Origin: a bacterium | GTDB taxonomy: Bacteria > Zhuqueibacterota > Zhuqueibacteria > Residuimicrobiales > Krinioviventaceae | DNA length: 64,000 nt | Reading direction: 5' to 3' | Assembly (NCBI GenBank): GCA_963674595.2 | Contig: CAXXFV010000016.1 | Span: forward strand, 96,001 to 160,000 | In this document: piece after piece, positions 49,925 to 59,968 of the stretch | How the letters are laid out: each line of letters begins with the position of its first letter | Position numbering within the stretch: position 1 is the first letter of the stretch | The notes under the pieces: model-generated | The model's input: only the letters and a program-made list of their open reading frames with translations | Told to the model about the DNA's origin: nothing | Databases searched by the model: none | Made by a program: the position numbers and the translations under genes

Positions 49925-50506
49925 TTATTTATTTATTGAAAATTGAACACCTATTTGAAAACAGCCCTGTGAGTTTTGCTGTTTGCGGGATTCCAGGATT
50001 TTTTCTCTGGCCTCTTTTTTTGCCAACGATTTTATAATGTAGTAATTTATAAACGGACCTGTTATAAACCCTGCGCCCATACCTACCAATGCATAGCCTA
50101 TTTCATCGTTATTGTTTGCGACTAAAGCTCCGATACTGCCGCAAATATATGCTCCTAATAAAGCGCCAAAAACAATACTGCTTATTTTTTCTTTTGCCCC
50201 AAATTTCATGGCTTTTTTTATTTCCTCGTCTGTAATGATGATATTTTCTGATTGCTTGGTTTCGTCATCGGTCGCTGCGAGTGTTAACAATTGATGGCGG
50301 AACATAAAGTTTTTAGCTGCCAAAGTATCCTGATGTAAAGTTTTGCGTTGCACCAGGATATTTTGCTGCGAAATGGCCGTGCTTTTTTGGCAGGAATTTA
50401 TATTCTTTTTTGTCGAATGGTCCGGCGGTACCCGGATTCCAATTGCTGCATACAGATCTACAGTGAGCATCGTGAATATAATGAGGAATGTCGCTTTTGT
50501 TTTCAT
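49925..50506 (-). CDS. Hypothetical exported protein with two Gly-rich hydrophobic helices
   Basis: Signal-like N-terminus; GALLGAYICGSIGALV and ALVGMGAGFITG; ends FQIGVQFSINK. Confidence 0.55.
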   Translation of the reverse strand: MKTKATFLIIFTMLTVDLYAAIGIRVPPDHSTKKNINSCQKSTAISQQNILVQRKTLHQDTLAAKNFMFRHQLLTLAATDDETKQSENIIITDEEIKKAMKFGAKEKISSIVFGALLGAYICGSIGALVANNNDEIGYALVGMGAGFITGPFINYYIIKSLAKKEAREKILESRKQQNSQGCFQIGVQFSINK

Positions 50507-50588
50507 GATTAACTTTTTTAAAATTGATATTAGATTTGGTAAATTAATAGAAAGTTGAAAGCCGTTTAAATTTATTGGTATCTACATA

Positions 50589-50731
50589 CTAAAAATAAAT
50601 AGAAATACCCACGTTAATTCCTGAAAAATCGAAAATATATGATTTCGTTACATTTTTAGTAATCCGAATGGAACTATTTTGTTCTAAATAATAAGCTTTG
50701 TTCTGTACAATTATAGTATAAACTTGTTCAT
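50589..50731 (-). pseudogene. Remnant of an outer-membrane protein gene (internal deletion)
   Basis: GGGGAG SD and ATG (MNKFIL*), then in another frame ...YIFDFSGINVGISIYF*, a typical terminal beta-strand ending in Phe. Confidence 0.45.
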
Positions 50732-50774
50732 AAAAAGCTCCCCGTAAAACCCTGGATTGATATGTGTTTGAATA

Positions 50775-50803
50775 ATGATAATTACTATTTCGGATAAAGT
50801 CAA
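50775..50803 (-). promoter_or_regulatory. Sigma70-like promoter
   Basis: Minus strand TTGACT-17 nt-TATCAT. Confidence 0.55.
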
Positions 50804-51011
50804 GTTTTCTTTATCGTCTTGAAGAATTGTAGCGGTGCAAAAAACTGATTCATTGACGGCAAGATGCCTCCGGTATAATCGTTTTATACTGCCCTAACAG
50901 AGGAATAATTTTTTAAATTATTGTATCACAAAACCTATCCCCGACTTGAAATCCGTAAATAAAAGCTTTATATTTAAAAGACGTGATATTATTATATTAT
51001 GGAGAAGCGAT

Positions 51012-51416
51012 ATGAAAGCGTGTCGTGAATGTAAGCATACTGTCAGTGAACAGGCAAATGCGTGTCCCAATTGCGGCGCACCTTATCCTGCAAAGGATAA
51101 GTGGGACGGCTGGGGATTTGAATACAAGTCCGAAACAACAATAGCCGGACTGCCGCTGGTGCATATTTCTTTCAAATACCGGCCAAACCGTATGCCGGTT
51201 CCTGCAAAGGGGATTATCGCCATCGGACAGTTTGGTATTGGTGTGGTTAATATCTCACAATTCGGCATCGGATTTTTTAGCGTCGGACAGTTTACCATTG
51301 CCGCCTATGCTCTGGCACAGTTTGCTGCGGCCTATTCTTTGATCGCCCAGATTGGTTTTTATTTAAATGTCGGCTATGGACAGGTTGTCTATAATCTTAC
51401 AAAAATTTTTCCCTAG
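51012..51416 (+). CDS. Zinc-ribbon protein with Gly-rich hydrophobic repeats
   Basis: GGAG SD; CRECK...CPNCG; GLPLVHI, KGIIAIGQFGIG-type repeats. Confidence 0.75.
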   Translation: MKACRECKHTVSEQANACPNCGAPYPAKDKWDGWGFEYKSETTIAGLPLVHISFKYRPNRMPVPAKGIIAIGQFGIGVVNISQFGIGFFSVGQFTIAAYALAQFAAAYSLIAQIGFYLNVGYGQVVYNLTKIFP

Positions 51417-52687
51417 GAAACCATGTTCGAATAATGCTCTGACAGGGAGAAAATACCTCCGCTGTGGCGATAAAAGTCATTATCTGTTATAAAAAAACCG
51501 TGTTCGATTTTGGTCCAGGGTGCGTTGTTATACGGATGATAGCTAGTCATCTGGTGCCAGTTTTTATAATTTTGATGTCCGTTGGTTTCCAATAATCCGG
51601 TAGACAATCCGGGCATGGGCGCCAGGCGCGCGGCAATGTTTTTGTTCCAATCCACTAAAATGGGGTTCACCGTCAAATCCGCACAAAAACAGGGAACTTT
51701 AGCCTCATGGGCTGTTCCGGCTGTTTTAAGGGTCATGCTCAATGTTTTGGCAATCGGTTTTAGTGCAAAAATATGATAACCCATATCAATTCGTTGTTTT
51801 GCTTCCTTGTCCGTATGGATGCTTTCATCTGCGGTAATGGGGACTCCCAAGTCACGTACATCTGTCTCATACTCCAGGGGAAAAGGTTCTTCAAGCATGA
51901 AAATTTGATCAAACGCCCCGATTTTTTGTGAATAATCAAGTAAAGAGAGTATCATTTCCTTGTTGGGATAACGTCCGTTGGCGTCCAGATAATAGAGGAT
52001 TTTATTATTAAGAGTATGCGGTGTTTGAAAATGCCCGACGGTTTCATGGATTTGTAAAAGCCGTTTTTTATCCTGCTCAAGCATCTGCTCCGGCGGTCCG
52101 GGACTGCCTGCTTTAATTTTTAGAATATAATGTCCATTTTCAACTGTTTGTTTTATTTCAGATAAAGGCGTATTGTATGATATAAGCGGTATGACGGTGA
52201 TTTTGCTGTGTTGATGCGAAAGGGCCGGTCTGTATGATTGAGGAAGCAAATCGTCAAACAGGGTAATGTTCTTTTCCTGCGCGTAGAGCAGCCATGCGGC
52301 ATTGTCCAGGGCAACCAGTGCGTTTAATACAAACGATTTTGACAGGTTTTTATAACCTGTGCGTTTTTGACCATATTCCCATACTTTTGGCCATAGGGCA
52401 TCCAGCATTTCTATCGGAGAGTTGAATTCCTGATTTATCGCCTGTTCAAGCCCGTTTTGCAGCAATTCAAACATGAGGGCATTGCTTTTGTCTTCCAAAA
52501 GGTTGCTGAAAATTACCGGATCCGCCCATAACGGGTTGAATGTCCCCAGTCCGATGCTGCTATACCCGGAATCGGTTTGCAGCATGGTAACCGATTGCAG
52601 GCTTTTCTGCATATAACTGCCTTTAAAACCGAACGGCTGAATAAAAGGCTCCGGTTCAAAATTGGCTGCTGTTTTGATGATTTTCAT
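51413..52687 (-). CDS. Enolase-superfamily protein (Ala-Glu epimerase-like, function unknown)
   Basis: KIK, DANGRY, EEP, ADES, ALKP. Confidence 0.8.
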   Translation of the reverse strand: MKIIKTAANFEPEPFIQPFGFKGSYMQKSLQSVTMLQTDSGYSSIGLGTFNPLWADPVIFSNLLEDKSNALMFELLQNGLEQAINQEFNSPIEMLDALWPKVWEYGQKRTGYKNLSKSFVLNALVALDNAAWLLYAQEKNITLFDDLLPQSYRPALSHQHSKITVIPLISYNTPLSEIKQTVENGHYILKIKAGSPGPPEQMLEQDKKRLLQIHETVGHFQTPHTLNNKILYYLDANGRYPNKEMILSLLDYSQKIGAFDQIFMLEEPFPLEYETDVRDLGVPITADESIHTDKEAKQRIDMGYHIFALKPIAKTLSMTLKTAGTAHEAKVPCFCADLTVNPILVDWNKNIAARLAPMPGLSTGLLETNGHQNYKNWHQMTSYHPYNNAPWTKIEHGFFITDNDFYRHSGGIFSLSEHYSNMVS

Positions 52688-52722
52688 GGCCGCTTTTGAA
52701 TTTTTATTATTTATTCAGGTAT

Positions 52723-55248
52723 TTACGATAAAAATGTTTTTAAAGCCTCATACACTTCATCTCTGCTGCCGAATGCCTGGTGACATTCCGGTAAGGAGCG
52801 TAAAAATCTTTTGCCATAGCTTTTTTTAAGAATACGATTATCAAATACGATCACAGAACCCCGGTCTGTTTTGCGCCGAATAAGTCGCCCAAACCCCTGT
52901 TTAAATTTGAGAACAGCCATGGGAACAGCATATTCCATAAAGGCATTGCCGCCCTCTTTTTCAATGGCTTCATATCTGGCTTCGATAACCGGTTCGCTGG
53001 GCACCTGGAATGGAAGTTTGGTAATAATGACCGATTCCAGGGCGTCTCCTTCCACATCAACGCCCTCCCAAAAACTGTCTGTTGCAAAAAGCACGGATGT
53101 TTTGTCTTTTTTAAACATTCGCAGCAGTTCATGCCGGCTGGCCGTGCCCTGTTTCAGAGGTGTCAGGCCTACCATGTCCAGAGATTCCTGCAATTGCTGG
53201 TAGACAATGTGTAAAAGACCATAGGACGTGAATAGAATAAAGGCGCGGCCGTCTGATATGGTAACGGCCTTGAAAATGGCCTTAGCCAGTTCTTTGGCAA
53301 AGGTCGGGTGCCCGGGATCGGGCATGTCCTGAGGAACTGCAATAACAACCTGTTTTTTATAATCAAACGGCGCCGGAAGGATCAGTTCTGTACGGCGTTG
53401 CTGAGATATTTGATCAAGACCGAGACGGTCAGCCAAATAGTCGAATTTTTTATCAACAGTCAGCGTTGCCGATGTTAAAACAATTGTTTTAAAAACATCG
53501 AACACGGCCTTGTTCATCATGTCTCTGACGAATAACGGTGAACTCATAAAACGGAGAATATGTTGACCGCGGTATCCGTTTTTAACTTCCAGCCAGCGTA
53601 TGTTTTCTTCATCCTGTTGAAAGACAACATTGTCTATCGTATCGGCGGCCATATCAATTCGTTCTGCCTGGGCTTTTATTTCAATCAGCGCTGATGACCA
53701 GTCCTCATTGATCGTACTTTCCACTTTGGCGGCAAAATTAACCAGTCTTGTTAGTGCGGCTGAAAATGTTTTCAGTGATTGTATATAGTCTTTAAAATAG
53801 GAAGCCAGCCCGGAATTGATAATGAGTGCTTGCTGGACATGCGGCAACAACCGGATTTTCAATTCGTTATCCAGAGATTCCTGTGTGTTTTCTTTGACTG
53901 TATGAAAAAGTTGTTCCAGCAGATCATTGGAAAATTCCGTGAGATGGTCCAGTTGGGAAATGAGCTGGGTGTCAATCATCTGCAAAATCTGATCAAGGTC
54001 ATTTTTATCGATTTTTTTCTGGTTTCTTATCGCTTTAAATTTTAACGTCGGCAAATATCCTTTTGCCATTGATTTGTGTCTGCGATAAAGCCGGTTTAAC
54101 ATTCTGCTTATACCGGCGCGTGTAATCTGGCTGCCGAAATAACTGGTAGCCACCTGTTCAATATGATGCGCTTCATCAAAAATGATACGCTGGTAGGGGG
54201 GAAGGACGGCCGCGCTGTCCGGCAGTCCGATATGGTGCCGAATAGCCAGGTCAGCAAATAAAAGATGATGATTAACAACCAGAATTTGGGCACGGGTGGC
54301 TATTCTTCTGGCTTTGTTGACAAAACATTCCCTGAAAAATTTACATTTGCTGCGTGTGCAGGTGTCACTTTCCGAGGCAATTTTTTCCCAAATATTATTT
54401 GACGGTATGTATGATAAATCTGCTTTGCTGCCGTCTTTGGAATCTTTGGCCCAGCCGACCAGTGACTGGAGTTCGCTTTTTTCCGAATCTTCGGCAATGA
54501 CATCAATATCTGATTCAATTTCTGCAACTTTACGCATACAGACATAATTGCTGCGGCCTTTAACCAGGACCGCCTCAAAGGGTATATCAATTGTTTTTTG
54601 TAAAAAAGGGATGTCTTTTTTTATCAACTGTTCCTGCAGGTTGATAGTATTTGTTGAAATAACAATACGTTCTTTGTTTTGGTGGGCCCAGTGTATTGCC
54701 GGCAGGAGGTAGGCCATAGTTTTGCCGGTACCTGTTCCGGCTTCTATAATGGATATTTTTTCCTGATTAAAAGCCTGACAGGTATAATCGATCATATCCA
54801 ACTGTTGCGGCCGGTCTTCAAAACCTTTTAATTTTGAAGAAATGACACCGCCGGGTTTTAACAGGGCTTCAATTTGTTCTGTTTCAAGCGGTATGAGCTC
54901 TTTTTTTTGAAAAGGCTCTACGACAACATATATATCAGTAACTTTATTATTGACAATGTAAAAAGCTACACTGAAATCATCCAATTGGGCGGCGATGGAC
55001 ATATCGGCGTCGGAAGGTGTCAACATGCCGGAAGGGTGATTGTGAATGACCACATCCGCTTCCCTGGCAAGTTTCATGATCGCCGGAACCGCCATTTCGT
55101 TTCCCCTGGCAGCAACATCCACTTCGTGGACAATCAAATCGTCTTCGATATAGCCGACGAAAAAGACTTCGTTTCCCATAGCATCATCGATTGCTGCCCG
55201 CATTTTTTCAACGATTTCAGGGGAAATATATTTATGTACCCTTTGCAC
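52723..55248 (-). CDS. DinG/YoaA-family Fe-S helicase with N-terminal JAB/MPN domain
   Basis: NEVFFVG and HNHPSG..PSDAD; RPQQ, EAGTGTGKT, KGRSNYVC, C..C...C, DEAH, SATL, WEGVD, QGFGRLIR. Confidence 0.92.
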   Translation of the reverse strand: MQRVHKYISPEIVEKMRAAIDDAMGNEVFFVGYIEDDLIVHEVDVAARGNEMAVPAIMKLAREADVVIHNHPSGMLTPSDADMSIAAQLDDFSVAFYIVNNKVTDIYVVVEPFQKKELIPLETEQIEALLKPGGVISSKLKGFEDRPQQLDMIDYTCQAFNQEKISIIEAGTGTGKTMAYLLPAIHWAHQNKERIVISTNTINLQEQLIKKDIPFLQKTIDIPFEAVLVKGRSNYVCMRKVAEIESDIDVIAEDSEKSELQSLVGWAKDSKDGSKADLSYIPSNNIWEKIASESDTCTRSKCKFFRECFVNKARRIATRAQILVVNHHLLFADLAIRHHIGLPDSAAVLPPYQRIIFDEAHHIEQVATSYFGSQITRAGISRMLNRLYRRHKSMAKGYLPTLKFKAIRNQKKIDKNDLDQILQMIDTQLISQLDHLTEFSNDLLEQLFHTVKENTQESLDNELKIRLLPHVQQALIINSGLASYFKDYIQSLKTFSAALTRLVNFAAKVESTINEDWSSALIEIKAQAERIDMAADTIDNVVFQQDEENIRWLEVKNGYRGQHILRFMSSPLFVRDMMNKAVFDVFKTIVLTSATLTVDKKFDYLADRLGLDQISQQRRTELILPAPFDYKKQVVIAVPQDMPDPGHPTFAKELAKAIFKAVTISDGRAFILFTSYGLLHIVYQQLQESLDMVGLTPLKQGTASRHELLRMFKKDKTSVLFATDSFWEGVDVEGDALESVIITKLPFQVPSEPVIEARYEAIEKEGGNAFMEYAVPMAVLKFKQGFGRLIRRKTDRGSVIVFDNRILKKSYGKRFLRSLPECHQAFGSRDEVYEALKTFLS

Positions 55249-55260
55249 CTAAAGTCCTTT

Positions 55261-56226
55261 TTAATTATTTGTGGACTGGGGTGGTTTTAAAAGTTCCGCA
55301 TCAAAACCGGCGGCACACAGGTGCTGTGGGAATTCATCAAATCCATGGGTGGTGTAAATCTTTTGCGGATTGACCTCTTTAACAAAGGTAAAAAGATCGT
55401 TATAGTCGGCATGATCGCTGAGAGGAAGCACCTCATCGCTGTTATAGCGAAATCCGTTATCTCCGTTAGACCAACCGGACAACAACACAGAACGTCTTGA
55501 ACGGGGAAGATTATTAATATGCCTGGTTTTATAAAGATGCGGAGGCAGGATAAGCACTTCGCCCATGGCTAGGGTCCCTTCGCGCCAGGGTGCACAATTG
55601 GGGAAAGTTACACCAAATTCCTGATAGACCTGTGCAAATTGCCATGCATATTTGTGCACTCTGACGGCATACCCCAATTCACCGATAATTTTCATAGCTT
55701 CCTGGGCTTTGCCTAATCCATAGCCTAAAACAATTGGTGTTATCCTCTGATGAAAACATTGTTTGATAAAATCATCCAGTCTGTCCACAACATTTTCAAT
55801 ATTATTGTTAAATTGATAATCCGGATGACCAAAAGTCGACTCCATAATAAGGACATCAGCTTGCGGGATTTTTATGGGTTCCGAGGTTTTGCTGTCAGAA
55901 AGTTTAAAATCACCGGTATAAAGAAGCGAGGAATGATCGTTTTTTATCAGAATCATGGCAGAACCAAGAACGTGTCCGGCCGGCAGTAGCTGGATTTTCA
56001 GATCATCCAGTTCCAGGGTTTCATTAAAGTTTAAAACAATCGACTCTTTTTGCCGTGCTCGCATAGCATGAAATCGGGCTGTTATCGGCGTTGCCAGAAT
56101 TTTATCGTGGTTTTTTAAATGGTCAGCATGTCCGTGTGATACAAATGAAAAACTGGTCTTTCTATGTGCATCGAGCCAAAAATCCAGTCCGTTTATTTTA
56201 ATTCCTTTATCATCATAAAAAAACAT
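55261..56226 (-). CDS. Beta-CASP MBL-fold nuclease
   Basis: SHGHADH, AGHVLGS, YTGD, MESTFG, LGKAQE, LSDHAD, THG. Confidence 0.88.
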   Translation of the reverse strand: MFFYDDKGIKINGLDFWLDAHRKTSFSFVSHGHADHLKNHDKILATPITARFHAMRARQKESIVLNFNETLELDDLKIQLLPAGHVLGSAMILIKNDHSSLLYTGDFKLSDSKTSEPIKIPQADVLIMESTFGHPDYQFNNNIENVVDRLDDFIKQCFHQRITPIVLGYGLGKAQEAMKIIGELGYAVRVHKYAWQFAQVYQEFGVTFPNCAPWREGTLAMGEVLILPPHLYKTRHINNLPRSRRSVLLSGWSNGDNGFRYNSDEVLPLSDHADYNDLFTFVKEVNPQKIYTTHGFDEFPQHLCAAGFDAELLKPPQSTNN

Positions 56227-56238
56227 GCTGCTCCAGTC

Positions 56239-56808
56239 TTAATTGATTTTTTGAACAAAGTATTGGTGAATTCGGGTATCGTTGGTCAGTTCCGGATGAA
56301 AGGTTGCAACAAGTATATTTCCCTGTTCGGCCATAACGGGCTCATTATTATGAGTTGCCAAAATTTGGACGTTTGGGCCGCAGGACATGATTTTTGGGGC
56401 GCGTATAAAAAAACCTTCGTATGACTCTTTTGAATCTGTGTTCCATAAAAGATCAACAGTGTCGATAAAAGAATCTATTTGCCGACCATAGGCGTTTCGA
56501 TTTACGGTAATATCAATAAGCCCCAGTGGTTCAACATGGTTTGAAGTGACTTTGTTGGCAAGAACAATTAATCCGGCACAAGTGCCAAAAATCGGGTTGT
56601 CCTTGCCAAAAGCGCGTATATCATCCCATAAATTATGTTTTATCATCAATTTTGTCAATGTTGTTGATTCGCCGCCGGGGATAATCAACCCGGAACAGGC
56701 AGATAGATCCTGCTGTGTTAAAACAAGCCGGGTTTGAATACCCATAGAGGCTATCATTTGCTGATGTTTTTCATAATCCCCCTGTAAAGCCAGTATACCG
56801 ATTGTCAT
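56239..56808 (-). CDS. pdxT: PLP synthase glutaminase subunit
   Basis: LALQGD, PGGEST, GTCAG, RNAYGRQ.DSF, FIRAP, FHPE. Confidence 0.97.
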   Translation of the reverse strand: MTIGILALQGDYEKHQQMIASMGIQTRLVLTQQDLSACSGLIIPGGESTTLTKLMIKHNLWDDIRAFGKDNPIFGTCAGLIVLANKVTSNHVEPLGLIDITVNRNAYGRQIDSFIDTVDLLWNTDSKESYEGFFIRAPKIMSCGPNVQILATHNNEPVMAEQGNILVATFHPELTNDTRIHQYFVQKIN

Positions 56809-56825
56809 AGTCGTTTTTAATACTC

Positions 56826-57710
56826 CTACCAGCCTCTTGATGCCATACGTTCTTCGGCCGGGAGTGTGGCAATGTCGATTCCCGGCATTGCGTCACCAAG
56901 ATTTTCAGAAACACGGGCAATCAGATCAAAATCCATAAAATGTGTTGTAGCAGAGACAATGGCTTTGGCCATTTTTTCCGGTTGTGTTGATTTAAAAATT
57001 CCACTGCCGACAAAAACGGTTTCTGCGCCTAATTGCCGCATAAGAGATGCATCTGCCGGTGTGGCAACACCACCTGCTGAAAAATTGGGGACCGGTAATT
57101 TACCCAGTTCTTTAACTTTACGAACTAATTCTACAGGTGCTCCAAGGTTTTTACCTTCGGTAACCAATTCTTCATCACCAAGGCTGACGATGCGTTTGAT
57201 GCCTTTTTGCACGGATCGCATGTGAAAAACAGCCTCAACAATATTTCCTGTCCCGGCTTCACCTTTTGTACGGATCATAGCAGCGCCTTCGGCAATACGG
57301 CGTAATGCTTCGCCCAGTTCCCGGCAGCCGCAAACAAAGGGTACTTTGAATTTTGATTTATCTACATGGAACTCTTCGTCGGCAGGTGTGAGAACTTCAC
57401 TTTCATCGATAAAATCGATACCCAACGATTCTAGTACCTGGGCTTCGGCGAAATGTCCGATACGGCATTTTGCCATAACCGGGATCGATACCGCTTTTTG
57501 GATACCTTTTATCATTGATGGGTCCGACATTCTGGCAATGCCGCCATGGGCTCGAATATCAGCCGGTATACGCTCAAGCGCCATAACAGCAACAGCGCCG
57601 GCATCTTCAGCGATTTTAGCTTGTTCCGGTGTGGTAACATCCATAATTACGCCGCCTTTGAGCATTTCTGCCAGACCTATTTTTAATTTCATATCTTTTG
57701 CATCTATCAT
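56826..57710 (-). CDS. pdxS: PLP synthase subunit
   Basis: [43 protein letters not shown] end. Confidence 0.98.
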   Translation of the reverse strand: MIDAKDMKLKIGLAEMLKGGVIMDVTTPEQAKIAEDAGAVAVMALERIPADIRAHGGIARMSDPSMIKGIQKAVSIPVMAKCRIGHFAEAQVLESLGIDFIDESEVLTPADEEFHVDKSKFKVPFVCGCRELGEALRRIAEGAAMIRTKGEAGTGNIVEAVFHMRSVQKGIKRIVSLGDEELVTEGKNLGAPVELVRKVKELGKLPVPNFSAGGVATPADASLMRQLGAETVFVGSGIFKSTQPEKMAKAIVSATTHFMDFDLIARVSENLGDAMPGIDIATLPAEERMASRGW

Positions 57711-57741
57711 AAATTTATCCTCGTGTTAATATTTTTCTATT

Positions 57742-59943
57742 TTATAAACCAATTCGTCGTTTTCCTCGTCTCCGAATATCCGAACCTTGAGTGTTGTTTT
57801 GTTCTCCGGTGTGTTCATCGCATGACATTGTTGGAACATGTCGAACGTCGGCTATTTCTTTTATCACGTTCGGACAGAAAGGTGTAGCTAATAATTTTGT
57901 ATCTGAACAAATCTCAACATCGACTATACCCTCCGGTCTTTCAAAATCCATAACCGGCAGGTGTAATGTATCGTGTGCTGCTTTAAAGAACGGTGCGGTT
58001 ATCGGCAACGCTGCCCGGGCACCGGACTGTTTCTCTCCCAAAGACATAACAGGATCATCCAAACCAACCCAGACACCTGCAACCATTTGAGGTGTAAAAG
58101 TAACATACCAGGCATCTGTAAAGTCGTTTGTGGTCCCTGTTTTTCCTCCGGCAGGCCTCATAAATTTATATACGGACCGTGATGCGGCGCCGGTACCGGC
58201 CGAGGCAACGGTCTTTAATAAATCAGCAAGAATGTAGGCTGTTTCTTCACGCAATACACCTTTGCTCTGAGGAATCGATTTTTCCAGAACATTGGAATAT
58301 TTATCTTCAACTCTTAAAACAGAAATCGGATCTACAAGTATTCCCTTGTTGGCAAAAACGCCAAAGGCGGATATGATTTCAATTGGTATAACACCGACAG
58401 CACCAAGGGCAATAGCATCAACAGCGTCTAAAGGTGTGGTTATGCCCAAATTACGTGCATATCTTATTACCTGTTCAGGTGGAATATCTTCCTGAACAAT
58501 CCGGGCGGTAACCAGGTTAAGAGATCTTCGTAAAGCTTCCCGCATGGTCGTTTTTCCGCCTATGGAACCATCATAATTTCTAGGGGTCCAGCGTGATCCG
58601 TCTGCCATGTGTACCACTATTGGTTGGTTCAATTTTTCATAATAGGGCATATAACCGTTATCCACAACAGCGGTATATACAATGGGTTTAAAAATAGAAC
58701 CGGGCTGACGGATTGCCTGTACAGCTCTGTTAAACTGGCTTTCCATAAAGTCTCTTCCGCCAACCATCGAAAGAATATGGCCGTCTCTCGGGTCTAATGC
58801 TACAAACGCTACCTGAACGCGGCATTTTTCGCTTATCAGAGAATCAACCAATGCTTTGTTTTGCATAAGCTGTTCCAGCGTTTGTTCTTTCAGCAAGCTT
58901 GGCGGAACCAGATATGAAAAATTCTTTTTACGCCGCATATTGTAATTGACGACTTTTTGCAGATTGGGTAAATGGTTTGCTATCGCACGTTCAGCACAGG
59001 CCTGGACCCGCGTATCCAGGGTTGTGTAAACTTTCATTCCACCCTTGTACAAATCCCAGCCATATTTTTTTTGTAAGTTTTGGCGAATATATTCCGTGAA
59101 ATAGGGGGCAATCCCTAAATTATAATCTTTTCCATGTTCTACAAGTTTTATTTCTTCCTGATTGGCGTCATTAAATTCTTGTTCTGTAATGATATTTTCG
59201 GTATACATACGGGTAAGCACGAGTTTTCTTCTATGTAGGGCCCGATCAAGATAACGATATGGGTTGAGTGCTGCCGGACGTTGAAGCATACCTGCCATTA
59301 AAGCGCATTCGGCAATCGTCAATTCACTCAATTTTTTATTAAAAAAATGAAGAGCCGCTGCTTCAACACCGTATGTTCCATGAGCAAATGACATGTGGTT
59401 CATGTACATTTCAAGGATTTCAGGTTTTGTATAGGTCCGTTCCAATTGAATGGACGTTAAAATTTCTTTAATTTTTCGGCTAACGGTTTTTTCCGGAGTT
59501 AAGTACAATCTTCTGGCTAGCTGTTGTGTAAGTGTTGACGCACCCTGTTCTTTGCTATGGGTGAAAAGATATTTACCGGTAACAAGAATTAAACGGAAGG
59601 GTGAAATTCCCCAATGGTCATAAAACCGATGGTCTTCTGTTGACAAAACAGCCAGAGTAAGCATTGGTGGTATATTTGACAAGGGAGTATAAACCCTTTT
59701 TTCTGTAAAAAATTCTTTTAAAAGCACACCATCTGCAGAATATACTTTGGTTGCCAGTTCAGGGGAATAGTTTTCCAACTGTTCAAATGTAGGAAGACTC
59801 TGTGTCAGGTAAACCAACCATCCTGATCCAACCAGGCAGATTAATACAACTGCTGCAATTAATATACGAATAGGACTTTTCCAAAAATTGCGGAACCAGG
59901 ATTTTTTTGATTTTTGTGTGTTTATAGTATGTTTTACAGTCAT
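57742..59943 (-). CDS. mrcA: Class A penicillin-binding protein 1A
   Basis: EDHRFY.H.G, GASTLTQQLA, RKIKE; SIFK, SLN, KTGT. Confidence 0.92.
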   Translation of the reverse strand: MTVKHTINTQKSKKSWFRNFWKSPIRILIAAVVLICLVGSGWLVYLTQSLPTFEQLENYSPELATKVYSADGVLLKEFFTEKRVYTPLSNIPPMLTLAVLSTEDHRFYDHWGISPFRLILVTGKYLFTHSKEQGASTLTQQLARRLYLTPEKTVSRKIKEILTSIQLERTYTKPEILEMYMNHMSFAHGTYGVEAAALHFFNKKLSELTIAECALMAGMLQRPAALNPYRYLDRALHRRKLVLTRMYTENIITEQEFNDANQEEIKLVEHGKDYNLGIAPYFTEYIRQNLQKKYGWDLYKGGMKVYTTLDTRVQACAERAIANHLPNLQKVVNYNMRRKKNFSYLVPPSLLKEQTLEQLMQNKALVDSLISEKCRVQVAFVALDPRDGHILSMVGGRDFMESQFNRAVQAIRQPGSIFKPIVYTAVVDNGYMPYYEKLNQPIVVHMADGSRWTPRNYDGSIGGKTTMREALRRSLNLVTARIVQEDIPPEQVIRYARNLGITTPLDAVDAIALGAVGVIPIEIISAFGVFANKGILVDPISVLRVEDKYSNVLEKSIPQSKGVLREETAYILADLLKTVASAGTGAASRSVYKFMRPAGGKTGTTNDFTDAWYVTFTPQMVAGVWVGLDDPVMSLGEKQSGARAALPITAPFFKAAHDTLHLPVMDFERPEGIVDVEICSDTKLLATPFCPNVIKEIADVRHVPTMSCDEHTGEQNNTQGSDIRRRGKRRIGL

Positions 59944-59968
59944 AATAAAAATGTCGCAGTTATAAACT

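Noticed and set aside
52723-55248. Type IV CRISPR CasDinG or CBASS/ubiquitin-like JAB defence system
   Set aside because: No cas genes, array, cyclase or E1/E2 genes nearby, and the context is housekeeping.
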